This document shows, one piece after another, positions 56,540-64,000 of a stretch of 64,000 bases of DNA (the stretch's first letter is position 1; each line of letters starts with the position of its first letter). Location: the NCBI GenBank assembly GCA_021817985.1, contig JAKAFK010000009.1:17507-81506 (forward strand), given 5' to 3'. The translations under genes and the position numbers were made by a program. Source of the stretch: Pseudomonadota bacterium (GTDB lineage Bacteria > Pseudomonadota > Gammaproteobacteria > Burkholderiales > JAKAFK01). The notes beneath the pieces were generated by a model. It was not told the origin of the DNA. It saw only the letters and a list, made by a program, of their open reading frames with translations, and ran no database searches.

Positions 56540-57700
56540 TCACGATTCGCCCAGAAGGGGAACGACGCCCTCCATCTCCACCAGAAGGTCGGACCGGCAA
56601 AGGTCCCCCTGCAGGCACATGATCCGCGGCCTTTTTCCCAGGTGCGCCCGCAGGGCGGGCAGCACGACGTCCAGATCCCCGGGGTGGCGCAGATACACCT
56701 TGAAGAGCGCCGCCTGCTCCAACGTCCCCGGGGCGGGCACGTCACCCAGGGCCTGTTCCATGACCACATCGATATTGGTCAACATTTCCTTGACCTGCGC
56801 CTGGACGTCACCGCTGTGCAAGGTTTCGTGCCCGACGATGCTGGCCGTGCCCGATATGAACAGATGGCGTGCGTGAGCGTTCCAGGACGTAAGCGTCGCC
56901 CGCGAGAAGGAAGGGCTCTTCGGCCCGTATTGCGGCGGGTAGAGAAAAGCGCTGACCTGTCTGGGATTCTCGATCTGCCGGCCTGGATGCTTGCCGGCAA
57001 TAAAATAGACGCAAAAGCCCGCCGCCAGCGTCCCCACCGCCGTGGCCGCGGGCAACTCGCCGGCGAGCGGATAGTCGTGCGCCGCGAAGGCCTGATACCG
57101 TCCGATGCAAAATTGCCGATAGCGCTCCAACCCGCCCGTTTCACAATTGATCGCCGGGAAATAGTTCCAAATACGGCTGAGGTGGGGGAAGCCTTGTGCC
57201 ATCGCGACGTCAAGCAGGTGCCGATAGGCATCGCACGCCAGTTGGGCGATGGCTCCATCCCCGACGTCGGGGATGGACAATCCGCCGATCATCACCTCGT
57301 CGTTGCGGCAGAACGAGATCCCTTCCTGGCACCCGTACGTCACGGGCGTTGCCGTGTGCCATACCTCGACGAATTCCTCGGGGCCCAACTGAGGCACCGC
57401 GACCGCGAGCCGGACCGCAGACACGCGAGAAGGCGGCTCCTGGCCGAAGGCGATGACCGCGGCAACATGCCCCTCGTGTTCGGCAAGATAGTGCGGCAGA
57501 TCGCGCGAAAGCACGAATTCCGAAGAAATGGGGGACGAGTATGCTGCGCCTTCGACGTCGAGCATGCGCTCTCCGGCTTCTCGTGCGACGGAGGGGACGA
57601 TAGGGAGTGCGGCACGGGTCATCTGCGCGATTCCCGCCTCAACGCCTGTCGCCCCGCGCGCCGCAACCCCGGACCCAACCAGGCTGGCCGATCCTTCCAT
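56540..57700 (-). CDS. FkbO/Hyg5/XanB2-type chorismatase (hydroxybenzoate-forming)
   Basis: The C-terminal half (HLSRIWNYFPAINCETGGLERYRQFCIGRYQAF...FISGTASIVGHETLH.GDV.AQ..E.L.N...) matches my memory of the chorismatase (RidA-like fold) family used for xanthomonadin starter units. An alternative start is ATG 57622 (MTRAAL...). Confidence 0.75.
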   Translation of the reverse strand: MEGSASLVGSGVAARGATGVEAGIAQMTRAALPIVPSVAREAGERMLDVEGAAYSSPISSEFVLSRDLPHYLAEHEGHVAAVIAFGQEPPSRVSAVRLAVAVPQLGPEEFVEVWHTATPVTYGCQEGISFCRNDEVMIGGLSIPDVGDGAIAQLACDAYRHLLDVAMAQGFPHLSRIWNYFPAINCETGGLERYRQFCIGRYQAFAAHDYPLAGELPAATAVGTLAAGFCVYFIAGKHPGRQIENPRQVSAFLYPPQYGPKSPSFSRATLTSWNAHARHLFISGTASIVGHETLHSGDVQAQVKEMLTNIDVVMEQALGDVPAPGTLEQAALFKVYLRHPGDLDVVLPALRAHLGKRPRIMCLQGDLCRSDLLVEMEGVVPLLGES

Positions 57701-58137
57701 GCGGGCGTTGACTGCTCATCCAACGGCGGGTGGCTTGCATCATTCTGGATATACCGCAACTTGGCTCACGCATCGCTGCTCACGTCAATCACAGCGGCCA
57801 AAGGCCACATCGGCCTCAGTGTCGATACGCCGCCGCCAAGGCGCCGGGCAAATCTGGGCGGAGAATCCTTTGCCGGCACAGTCTGGCGCCTCGCGCTCGT
57901 CGTTATTATGGGTGCTGGATCGCCGGGAGGATCCCCAGGCGCCCTTCGCTAGGCTGGCGCACCGGCCAAGCCACGCCAACACCGCGCGATTCTAGCACAG
58001 AATGCGGCCCACACGCGACCAGGGGGCCTCGCGCACGAGGTGGGTTGAGAACAGGACAAGCCCCCGGCAACACACGCCCGCCATCGGATTTGCGCGCAGT
58101 CGGCAGTGCGGAGCCGAACACCGTGCAAAGCCCCGGC

Positions 58138-58905
58138 TCATTCCGGCTTATACGCCTGATATTCCGAAAACATGCCGAGTTCCACCTCGCGACGCACCTG
58201 CCCGAAGCCGGCCTGGGCGAGCGTATGGAGCACGTCCTCCGGTGCGGCGCAGGCTTCGATCGTGTCCCAGTAATACCGCCATAGCGTGGAAGTCTGCCGG
58301 TTGCGCGCGAACACCTTGGCGAAGGCGGGCACGATTCGGCGAACGTACAGCTTGAGACAAAACGTGTGCAGACGACCTTCCGGACGCGTGATCTCGAGAA
58401 TGCAGATTCGTCCGCCGGGTTTGAGGACGCGGAAAAACTCGGCAAACGCCAGGGACAAGTCGGAGATGTGCCGAAGCGCATAGCCCATGCTGAGGAAGTC
58501 GAAGGTCGCATCGGGGAACGGGATCTGCTCGGCACTGCCCTCAAGCAATTGCACGCCAGCCGGAACTTTCGCGTTCTCCAGCATGCCCGGACTCGGATCG
58601 ACGCCGGTCACCCGGGCCGGATCGCCCACGATTCGCGCGGCCTGGCTCGCCACCAGCCCTGTCCCGACCCCCACATCGAGGGCGCGCATGCCCGGCTTCA
58701 GGCCCGCCCGGAGCAAGGCTTCATGGCGATACCAGCCACCGGTGCCGAAGCCCAGGACCTTTTCCATCCAGTCGTAATCGCAAGCGGTCTTGTCGAACAT
58801 GCCGCGCACCCACCCTCGGCGCGCGCCTTCCGACTCATAGTATTCGGTGAGCGGAGGATGCGGGGCGCAGACGATTTCGCCTGTGCCGCCGTTCGGCTTG
58901 GACAT
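58138..58905 (-). CDS. class I SAM-dependent methyltransferase (UbiE/COQ5-like)
   Basis: 255 aa. MFDKTACDYDWMEKVLGFG, the SAM motif ALDVGVGTGLVA, and RVLKPGGRICILE. Confidence 0.85.
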   Translation of the reverse strand: MSKPNGGTGEIVCAPHPPLTEYYESEGARRGWVRGMFDKTACDYDWMEKVLGFGTGGWYRHEALLRAGLKPGMRALDVGVGTGLVASQAARIVGDPARVTGVDPSPGMLENAKVPAGVQLLEGSAEQIPFPDATFDFLSMGYALRHISDLSLAFAEFFRVLKPGGRICILEITRPEGRLHTFCLKLYVRRIVPAFAKVFARNRQTSTLWRYYWDTIEACAAPEDVLHTLAQAGFGQVRREVELGMFSEYQAYKPE

Positions 58906-59323
58906 GCTGCCCCCTGCGTGTGTGAGACTGGAGATTCGGATCGATACGACCGGATCTTATCATAAGCGCTCCCAAAAGACGCCCCCAGGCCCCAATGCGG
59001 ATGGCCGCGCGGGCGACCCATTGACGCTCTGCAAAGGCGGCTTTTCGTTGTTGACAACTGGGCCCGCCATAAAGAAGAATACCGGGCTGGAGACGTTCGA
59101 ACCTCTGGCGCTGCCCGACAGCGAAGCCACCCCATGCATCGGACCGACCCGGGTCGCGTCCTGGCCTTCCCGCCTGCACTGAGGGCGGGGGACGACCAAG
59201 GGCGCAACCGCGCGGGTTCGCATGAGGAACAAGCGAAACAAGACTCAAGCCGTGGCCCCCGTCTCCACGGACCCTCGCTGTGTCATGCGGGCTCGGATTT
59301 CATTTAATCGATCGGGATTTCAT

Positions 59324-60055
59324 ATGCAAAAGGGGGGCCCTGGGCCGGGATATCAACAATCGCCCCTCAGGCTACGCCATCTCTCGACCATCATCGGGCA
59401 GCATTTCTGGTTCAAGTTCTTTGGCACGACAGCGTTCACTTCATTGTTCTTTGTGGCCTACGTCTTCTTGCTCAGGCACCCGGCGTTCCCCGTGACCGTC
59501 GTGCCGACGATGGCGTTGGACCGTCTCATCGGTTTCTCTCCCATCGCGCTCCCCCTGTATTTATCCCTCTGGCTTTATGTGTCGCTCCCCGTCATGCTCA
59601 TGACGACGCGAACCGCCATCATCGAGTTTGGCTACTGGATGGGGGGATTGTGTCTGTTTGGGCTGACCATCTTTTACTTTTGGCCCACCGCGGTGCCCCG
59701 CACTCACATCGACTGGTCGCGCTACCCGGGCATGGCTTTTCTCAAAGGGGTCGATGCGGCCGGCAATGCCTTCCCTTCGCTGCACGTCGCGACTGCCGTG
59801 TTCGCCTGTTTCTGGCTGAATCAGCAGCTCCGCTTGTACCGATGCGGCGCATACACAAGAAACCTCAACCTGCTCTGGTGCACCGGCATCGTTTACTCGA
59901 CCATGGCCACGAAACAGCACATGGCCATCGACGTCATCGGCGGAATCAGCTTGGCCTTGGCCTTTGCATGGACTTGCAGTCGGGCGGTGCAATCGCGCGC
60001 CGGACACGCCAGCCACCTCTTCTGGATCGGGCGCGGATGGGCTGAACAGGATTAG
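59324..60055 (+). CDS. PAP2-superfamily membrane protein (PAP2_C / sphingomyelin-synthase-like)
   Basis: About 6 TM helices. The late motifs NAFPSLHVATAV and KQHMAIDVIGGI resemble the SxH / HxxD(V) catalytic motifs of the PAP2 family. The start is uncertain (59222, 59285 or 59324) and no SD is seen. Confidence 0.6.
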   Translation: MQKGGPGPGYQQSPLRLRHLSTIIGQHFWFKFFGTTAFTSLFFVAYVFLLRHPAFPVTVVPTMALDRLIGFSPIALPLYLSLWLYVSLPVMLMTTRTAIIEFGYWMGGLCLFGLTIFYFWPTAVPRTHIDWSRYPGMAFLKGVDAAGNAFPSLHVATAVFACFWLNQQLRLYRCGAYTRNLNLLWCTGIVYSTMATKQHMAIDVIGGISLALAFAWTCSRAVQSRAGHASHLFWIGRGWAEQD

Positions 60056-60059
60056 ATGA

Positions 60060-60716
60060 ATGCGCGCATACATGCCCCCGATCCGTAACATCCTGATTCT
60101 TGTCGCCGGCGCCGCTTACCTCGGCATGGGCTACGTGGCGACAACGCGGCCCCACCCGCCCGTGGGCGCCGTCTTGATCAGCCTCGTGCCGCTCGGCGCG
60201 GCCGCACTCGCGAGCGCCTGGAAATCCCGGGTGCGCCTTGTGCTCATTCCGCTCTATTGCGTCGGTGCGCTGCTGCTCGGACTCTACTTCGACACCCTGC
60301 GCGATCACATCGCCTGGCTTTACTTCATCCAGCACGCGGGGGCCATGACGCTCCTCGCGCTGACCTTTGGCATCACCCTCAGCGGCAACCCGGACCAGGC
60401 GCTGTGCTCGCGCATCGCCGATTTCATAATCCCCGCCCCGCTTGATGCCGACTACTTTCGCTACACGTGGAAAGTCACCCTCGCCTGGACGACCTATTTC
60501 GCGATCAGCGCCTTCACGTCGATTGTGCTTTTCTTCCTCGCCCCCATCACGGCCTGGTCGGTCTTCGCAAACATCGTGACCCCCGTTTCCCTCGCCGCCA
60601 TGTTTGCCGGCGAATACCTGGTTCGCCGGCGCGTGATCCCCGGCGGGCCGCGCCTGAGCATAGCCGCCACGATCAAGGCCTACCGGGCGTTTTCTCAGCA
60701 GTCCAACACACGCTAA
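60060..60716 (+). CDS. hypothetical polytopic membrane protein
   Basis: 218 aa with about 6 TM helices. Starts 4 nt after the PAP2 stop and ends 3 nt before the ligase ATG. No family recognised. Confidence 0.65.
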   Translation: MRAYMPPIRNILILVAGAAYLGMGYVATTRPHPPVGAVLISLVPLGAAALASAWKSRVRLVLIPLYCVGALLLGLYFDTLRDHIAWLYFIQHAGAMTLLALTFGITLSGNPDQALCSRIADFIIPAPLDADYFRYTWKVTLAWTTYFAISAFTSIVLFFLAPITAWSVFANIVTPVSLAAMFAGEYLVRRRVIPGGPRLSIAATIKAYRAFSQQSNTR

Positions 60717-60719
60717 GCC

Positions 60720-62057
60720 ATGAAAGCAACGCTCCCGCTGCTGCCTGAAGTCGGAATGAGCAGGATCGTCGCACGCAGGAACAAGACGTCGGTGACCAAA
60801 CGCGAGTTCCTGCGCGACGTCCTAGCGTTGGCCGAACGCCTCCCCCCTGGCCGCCACGTCCTCAACCTGTGCAAGGACCGCTACTGGTTTGCCGCCACAT
60901 TATTCGCCTGCATCGTCGGGGACCGGCTGAGCGTGCTGCCCAGTACCATCACCCCTGAAATCGTCGCCGATTTTCGGCAGACCTTTCCTGACCTGGTCTG
61001 CCTCGGCGACCAAGCGGCGACGGATTACGAGCTGCCCTACGTCGCGGTTCAGTCCTGCACCGGCGAGCGCGCGTCGGCCGATAGGGCGATGCCGCAAATT
61101 CCAGCCGAGCAGACGGTCATGCTGGTCTACACCTCCGGCTCCACCGGCGATCCGAAGGAAAAAGCCAAGACCTTTGGGCAAATGTACCGGTGCATCGGCG
61201 CGGAGGCGAAACGGCTATGGGAAGCCGCGGGTGGCCCATGCGCCGTGCTGGGGACCGTGCCCTTCCAGCACATGTACGGCCTCGAATCGACCATCTTCCT
61301 GCCCCTGCTCGGCGACGGCCTCCTCAGCTCGCAACTGCCGTTCTTTCCGGCCGACGTGGCCTGCGCCTTGGCCGAAATTCCGGAACCGCGCCTGCTGGTC
61401 ACCACGCCGTTCCACCTGCGCAAATTGCTCGAGGCCGACATCAGCTACCCGCCCATCGCGGTCATCCTGTCGGCGACGGCGCCGTTGTCGATTCGGCTCG
61501 CGGCCGAGGCAGAAGCCGGCCTGGGTGCCTCGGTCCTCGAAATCTACGGCTCGACCGAAACCGGCCAGGTGGCCACCCGTCGGCCGACCCGGAGCGAAGT
61601 GTGGGATGCGTACGAGGGCATCGAACTGTCACTGGAGAATGGCGCCGCGATGGTGAGAGGAGGCCATCTGTTGGCGCCGGAAATGCTTGGCGATGTCATC
61701 GAGCTGGACAGCCCGACCCGGTTCCGGCTGCTCGGCCGTCACTCGGACATGGTCAACGTCGCGGGCAAACGCAGCTCGTTGGCCTACCTGAACCACGTCC
61801 TCGCCGGCATCCCGGGACTGCGCGACGGGGCATTCTGCATTCCGGAAACCCATCCCGAACGCGACATTAGCCGCCTGGCGGCCTTCATCGTCGCGCCGGG
61901 CCTGCGTTCGCAGGACATCCAGGCAGCGCTGTTGCAGAAGCTGGACCCGGTGTTTCTGCCCCGGCCCATCGTTTTCCTCGATGCCCTGCCCCGCGATGGG
62001 AACGGCAAGATTTCCGCCTCTGCGATGGCAGACCTGATTGCCAGGCATATTCCATGA
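60720..62057 (+). CDS. AMP-dependent (adenylate-forming) aryl/acyl-ACP ligase
   Basis: 445 aa. The AMP-binding core is LVYTSGSTGDPKEK and YGSTETG, with a C-terminal LPRDGNGKI lysine motif. The position and partners match the hydroxybenzoate:ACP ligase of aryl-polyene clusters. Confidence 0.85.
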   Translation: MKATLPLLPEVGMSRIVARRNKTSVTKREFLRDVLALAERLPPGRHVLNLCKDRYWFAATLFACIVGDRLSVLPSTITPEIVADFRQTFPDLVCLGDQAATDYELPYVAVQSCTGERASADRAMPQIPAEQTVMLVYTSGSTGDPKEKAKTFGQMYRCIGAEAKRLWEAAGGPCAVLGTVPFQHMYGLESTIFLPLLGDGLLSSQLPFFPADVACALAEIPEPRLLVTTPFHLRKLLEADISYPPIAVILSATAPLSIRLAAEAEAGLGASVLEIYGSTETGQVATRRPTRSEVWDAYEGIELSLENGAAMVRGGHLLAPEMLGDVIELDSPTRFRLLGRHSDMVNVAGKRSSLAYLNHVLAGIPGLRDGAFCIPETHPERDISRLAAFIVAPGLRSQDIQAALLQKLDPVFLPRPIVFLDALPRDGNGKISASAMADLIARHIP

Positions 62058-62347
62058 CCGAGTCGACCTTTCGCCTGAGGCTCCCCTTCGAGCCCGACCA
62101 CCCGGCCTTCGCCGGTCATTTTCCGGGGTATCCGATCATTCCCGGCGTTCAATTGCTCGACCGCGCCAAACGGCTCATCGAGAGCCGGCACGAGCGCACG
62201 CTCGGCGGATTGCAGATGGCCAAATTTTTCAGCCCAGCCGGACCGGGCGACGCGCTGGACCTGGAATACCGCCTGATCGGGGACAACGTCAGCTTCGAAA
62301 TCCGCTGCGGCAACCGCCGCATCGCCAGCGGCACGTTCACCGGGTGA
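62054..62347 (+). CDS. hotdog-fold dehydratase (FabA/FabZ-like)
   Basis: 97 aa. DHPAFAGHFPGYPIIPGVQLLD is the FabZ-type catalytic His motif. ATGA overlap with the ligase stop. Confidence 0.8.
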   Translation: MTESTFRLRLPFEPDHPAFAGHFPGYPIIPGVQLLDRAKRLIESRHERTLGGLQMAKFFSPAGPGDALDLEYRLIGDNVSFEIRCGNRRIASGTFTG

Positions 62348-62362
62348 CGCCCATACCGCGCC

Positions 62363-63286
62363 ATGACATCCACGCCAGACGACGGAAAGACCCCACCCCC
62401 GGAATGGCAGCGCCAAGAGGAACGCGGCAGCCTCTTCTGGCTCCGCCTGATGAGTCGTCTATCGCTGTTGTTCGGGCGCCGGCTGTCGCGCCCCCTCCTC
62501 TATGGCATCGTCCTCTATTTCGTGCTGGCCGCCAGCGAAGCGCGCAAGGCCGCTCGAGCCAACCTGACGCGCATCCTCGGACGGCGGGCGCGCTGGCCTG
62601 ACCTGTACCGGAACGTGTTCGCTTTCGCCAGCACGATCCACGATCGCACGTACCTCCTCAACGACCGTTCCGATCTGTTCGACATCCGCACGGCGGGGGC
62701 GGAGACCCTGCACGCCGTCCATGCCACGGGCAAAGGCTGCTTGCTGTTCGGCGCCCATCTGGGCAGTTTCGAAATACTGCGGGGGATTGCCCGCGATCAT
62801 GGCGGTCTCAATGTCGCTGCCGCGATGTATCCCGAAAACGCACGCCGACTCAACGACACCCTGGCCGCCATCAATCCCGACGTGATACTGGACGTCATCG
62901 CGCTCGGGCAGTTCGACGCCATGCTGGCGATCCACCAGCGATTGGAGGAGGGGGCGATGGTGGGCGTCCTGGCCGACCGGGCCAGTGGCCAGGACAAATA
63001 TATCGCCATGCCGTTCCTGGGCGCGACCGCGGGGTTTCCGTCGGGCCCGTTCCGCATGGCGGCGATGCTGCGCCAGCCCGTTTTTTTCATGTCCGGCCTC
63101 TACCGGGGGGGCAACCGGTATGACATAAGGTTCGAACTGCTGGAAGACTTTGCCGAGCCGCCCGCAGGCCGGCGGGAGGACATTGCCCGCGCGCTCCTCG
63201 AAAAATACGTCGCGGCCCTCGAGCGGCACTGCCGCTCGGCCCCATACAACTGGTTCAATTTCTATGATTTCTGGAATACCATATAG
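62363..63286 (+). CDS. LpxL/lysophospholipid acyltransferase-family protein
   Basis: 307 aa with an N-terminal membrane segment. The layout (GKGCLLFGAHLGSFE...VGVLADR...FLG....P.GP) resembles lipid A late acyltransferase-like proteins found in aryl-polyene clusters. Confidence 0.7.
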   Translation: MTSTPDDGKTPPPEWQRQEERGSLFWLRLMSRLSLLFGRRLSRPLLYGIVLYFVLAASEARKAARANLTRILGRRARWPDLYRNVFAFASTIHDRTYLLNDRSDLFDIRTAGAETLHAVHATGKGCLLFGAHLGSFEILRGIARDHGGLNVAAAMYPENARRLNDTLAAINPDVILDVIALGQFDAMLAIHQRLEEGAMVGVLADRASGQDKYIAMPFLGATAGFPSGPFRMAAMLRQPVFFMSGLYRGGNRYDIRFELLEDFAEPPAGRREDIARALLEKYVAALERHCRSAPYNWFNFYDFWNTI

Positions 63287-63292
63287 CGACCC

Positions 63293-63889
63293 ATGAAAAT
63301 CACAGCCTCGCTCCGTCTTGCCGCCGCCATCCTCTGTTTCCTGACCCTCGCCGTACCCACCGCCCGAGCCGGCGACTGGCGCGTGCCGCAACTGATGCAG
63401 TTGTTGGCGCAGAACAAGTCCGGCACAGCCACATTCGTGGAAAAAAATTACCTCTCGGTGCTCAACAAGCCCGTCATTTCCTCAGGCGACCTGTCGTTCG
63501 TTGCACCGGACAAGCTGGAAAAGCGCACGCTCACCCCTCGGCCCGAGACGCTGACGCTGGACGGAAACATCCTGACCATCGCGCTGCCCGGCAAGCGCCC
63601 GATGACGGTCAGCCTCAGGCAGCATCCCGAAATCGCCGCCTTCGTCGAAAGCATCCGCGGCACGCTCGCCGGCGACCTGAACGCACTGCAGGCCTTCTAC
63701 ACGCTCAAGCTCGGCGGTACACCCGAGCGGTGGCGGCTCACGCTGAAACCGAAATCGGAAAGACTGGCCCGCATCTTCGATCGCATCGTCATCCGCGGCA
63801 CACAGGCGGACATCCGCTTCATCGATCTCGACGAACGCGACGGCGACCATTCCGAGATGGCCATTACCCAGAGCGACATCAGGCGATGA
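63293..63889 (+). CDS. LolA-like outer-membrane lipoprotein carrier-related protein
   Basis: 198 aa. Signal peptide (LAAAILCFLTLAVPTARA). F.E.....L..P..S.G.L.F..PDKLEKRT is a LolA-like pattern. Confidence 0.7.
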   Translation: MKITASLRLAAAILCFLTLAVPTARAGDWRVPQLMQLLAQNKSGTATFVEKNYLSVLNKPVISSGDLSFVAPDKLEKRTLTPRPETLTLDGNILTIALPGKRPMTVSLRQHPEIAAFVESIRGTLAGDLNALQAFYTLKLGGTPERWRLTLKPKSERLARIFDRIVIRGTQADIRFIDLDERDGDHSEMAITQSDIRR

Positions 63890-64000
63890 AGGTGCTGGGA
63901 AAACATTTTGCCCTCCTCGTCTGGCTGGCGGGCTTGGTGGCCTGCGTCCTGGTCATCGCGTCGACCCGATTCGTTTCAGACCTGTCCGCCTTCATGCCCC
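63886..64000 (+). CDS. start of an MMPL/RND-like exporter (truncated by window end)
   Basis: My translation is MKVLGKHFALLVWLAGLVACVLVIASTRFVSDLSAFMP. ATGA overlap with the LolA-like stop. The call rests on this N-terminal TM segment plus the DLSAF(L/M)P pattern and the usual gene order of such clusters. Confidence 0.45.
   Translation, partial: MKVLGKHFALLVWLAGLVACVLVIASTRFVSDLSAFMP

Noticed and set aside
1-64000. CRISPR arrays, IS elements, integrases, phage genes, toxin-antitoxin or known defence-system genes
   Set aside because: I found no regularly spaced direct repeats, no transposase-, integrase- or recombinase-like translations, and no terminal inverted repeats. The window looks like core chromosome apart from a few orphan ORFs.

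Overview
This is a 64-kb chromosomal segment from a high-GC proteobacterium (roughly two-thirds G+C by eye). It is densely coding, with about 70 CDS. I saw no rRNA, tRNA, CRISPR array, transposase, integrase or prophage genes.

Main blocks, in order:
1. A truncated TDT-family transporter and a DUF2945 gene.
2. An accessory pterin operon (FolM-like reductase, folB, folK, folE).
3. A DUF59 / NnrS-like membrane protein / hemerythrin / 2x DUF2249 operon.
4. Three loosely spaced minus-strand genes of unclear role (membrane-anchored orphan, FmdE-like, tandem TusE/DsrC-like fusion), then a COG0523 GTPase.
5. A complete 13-gene nuoA-N operon with fused nuoCD (10.7-25.2 kb, minus strand).
6. A poorly coding, hard-to-interpret 25.2-29.9 kb stretch, including an APC permease.
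7. An orphan PAS histidine kinase.
8. pabB-pabC fusion, panDCB, a second folK, and pcnB.
9. HAD hydrolase, CbiM-like membrane protein, hrpA.
10. An ODC-like decarboxylase, a C_GCAxxG_C_C protein with a Cys-Cys-tailed HMA-like partner, an esterase, a lipoprotein, a CBS protein and dsbG.
11. An rfbB/A/C/D dTDP-rhamnose operon with an embedded APS kinase whose ATP-sulfurylase-like domain has degenerate catalytic motifs.
12. From 54 kb to the window end, a xanthomonadin-like aryl-polyene lipid gene cluster with its own FkbO/XanB2-type chorismatase.

Nothing here can be shown from sequence alone to be a wholly new system. The most unusual items are the tandem TusE-like protein, the APS kinase inside the rml operon, the aryl-polyene cluster's extra genes, the duplicated pterin genes, and the orphan ORFs at 6.6-8.2 kb, 25.3-27.1 kb and 44.2-45.7 kb.

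All calls come from reading the ORF translations and DNA by eye. No database search was run. Start codons are best guesses. Many long ORFs on the track are antisense or out-of-frame artefacts of the high GC content.
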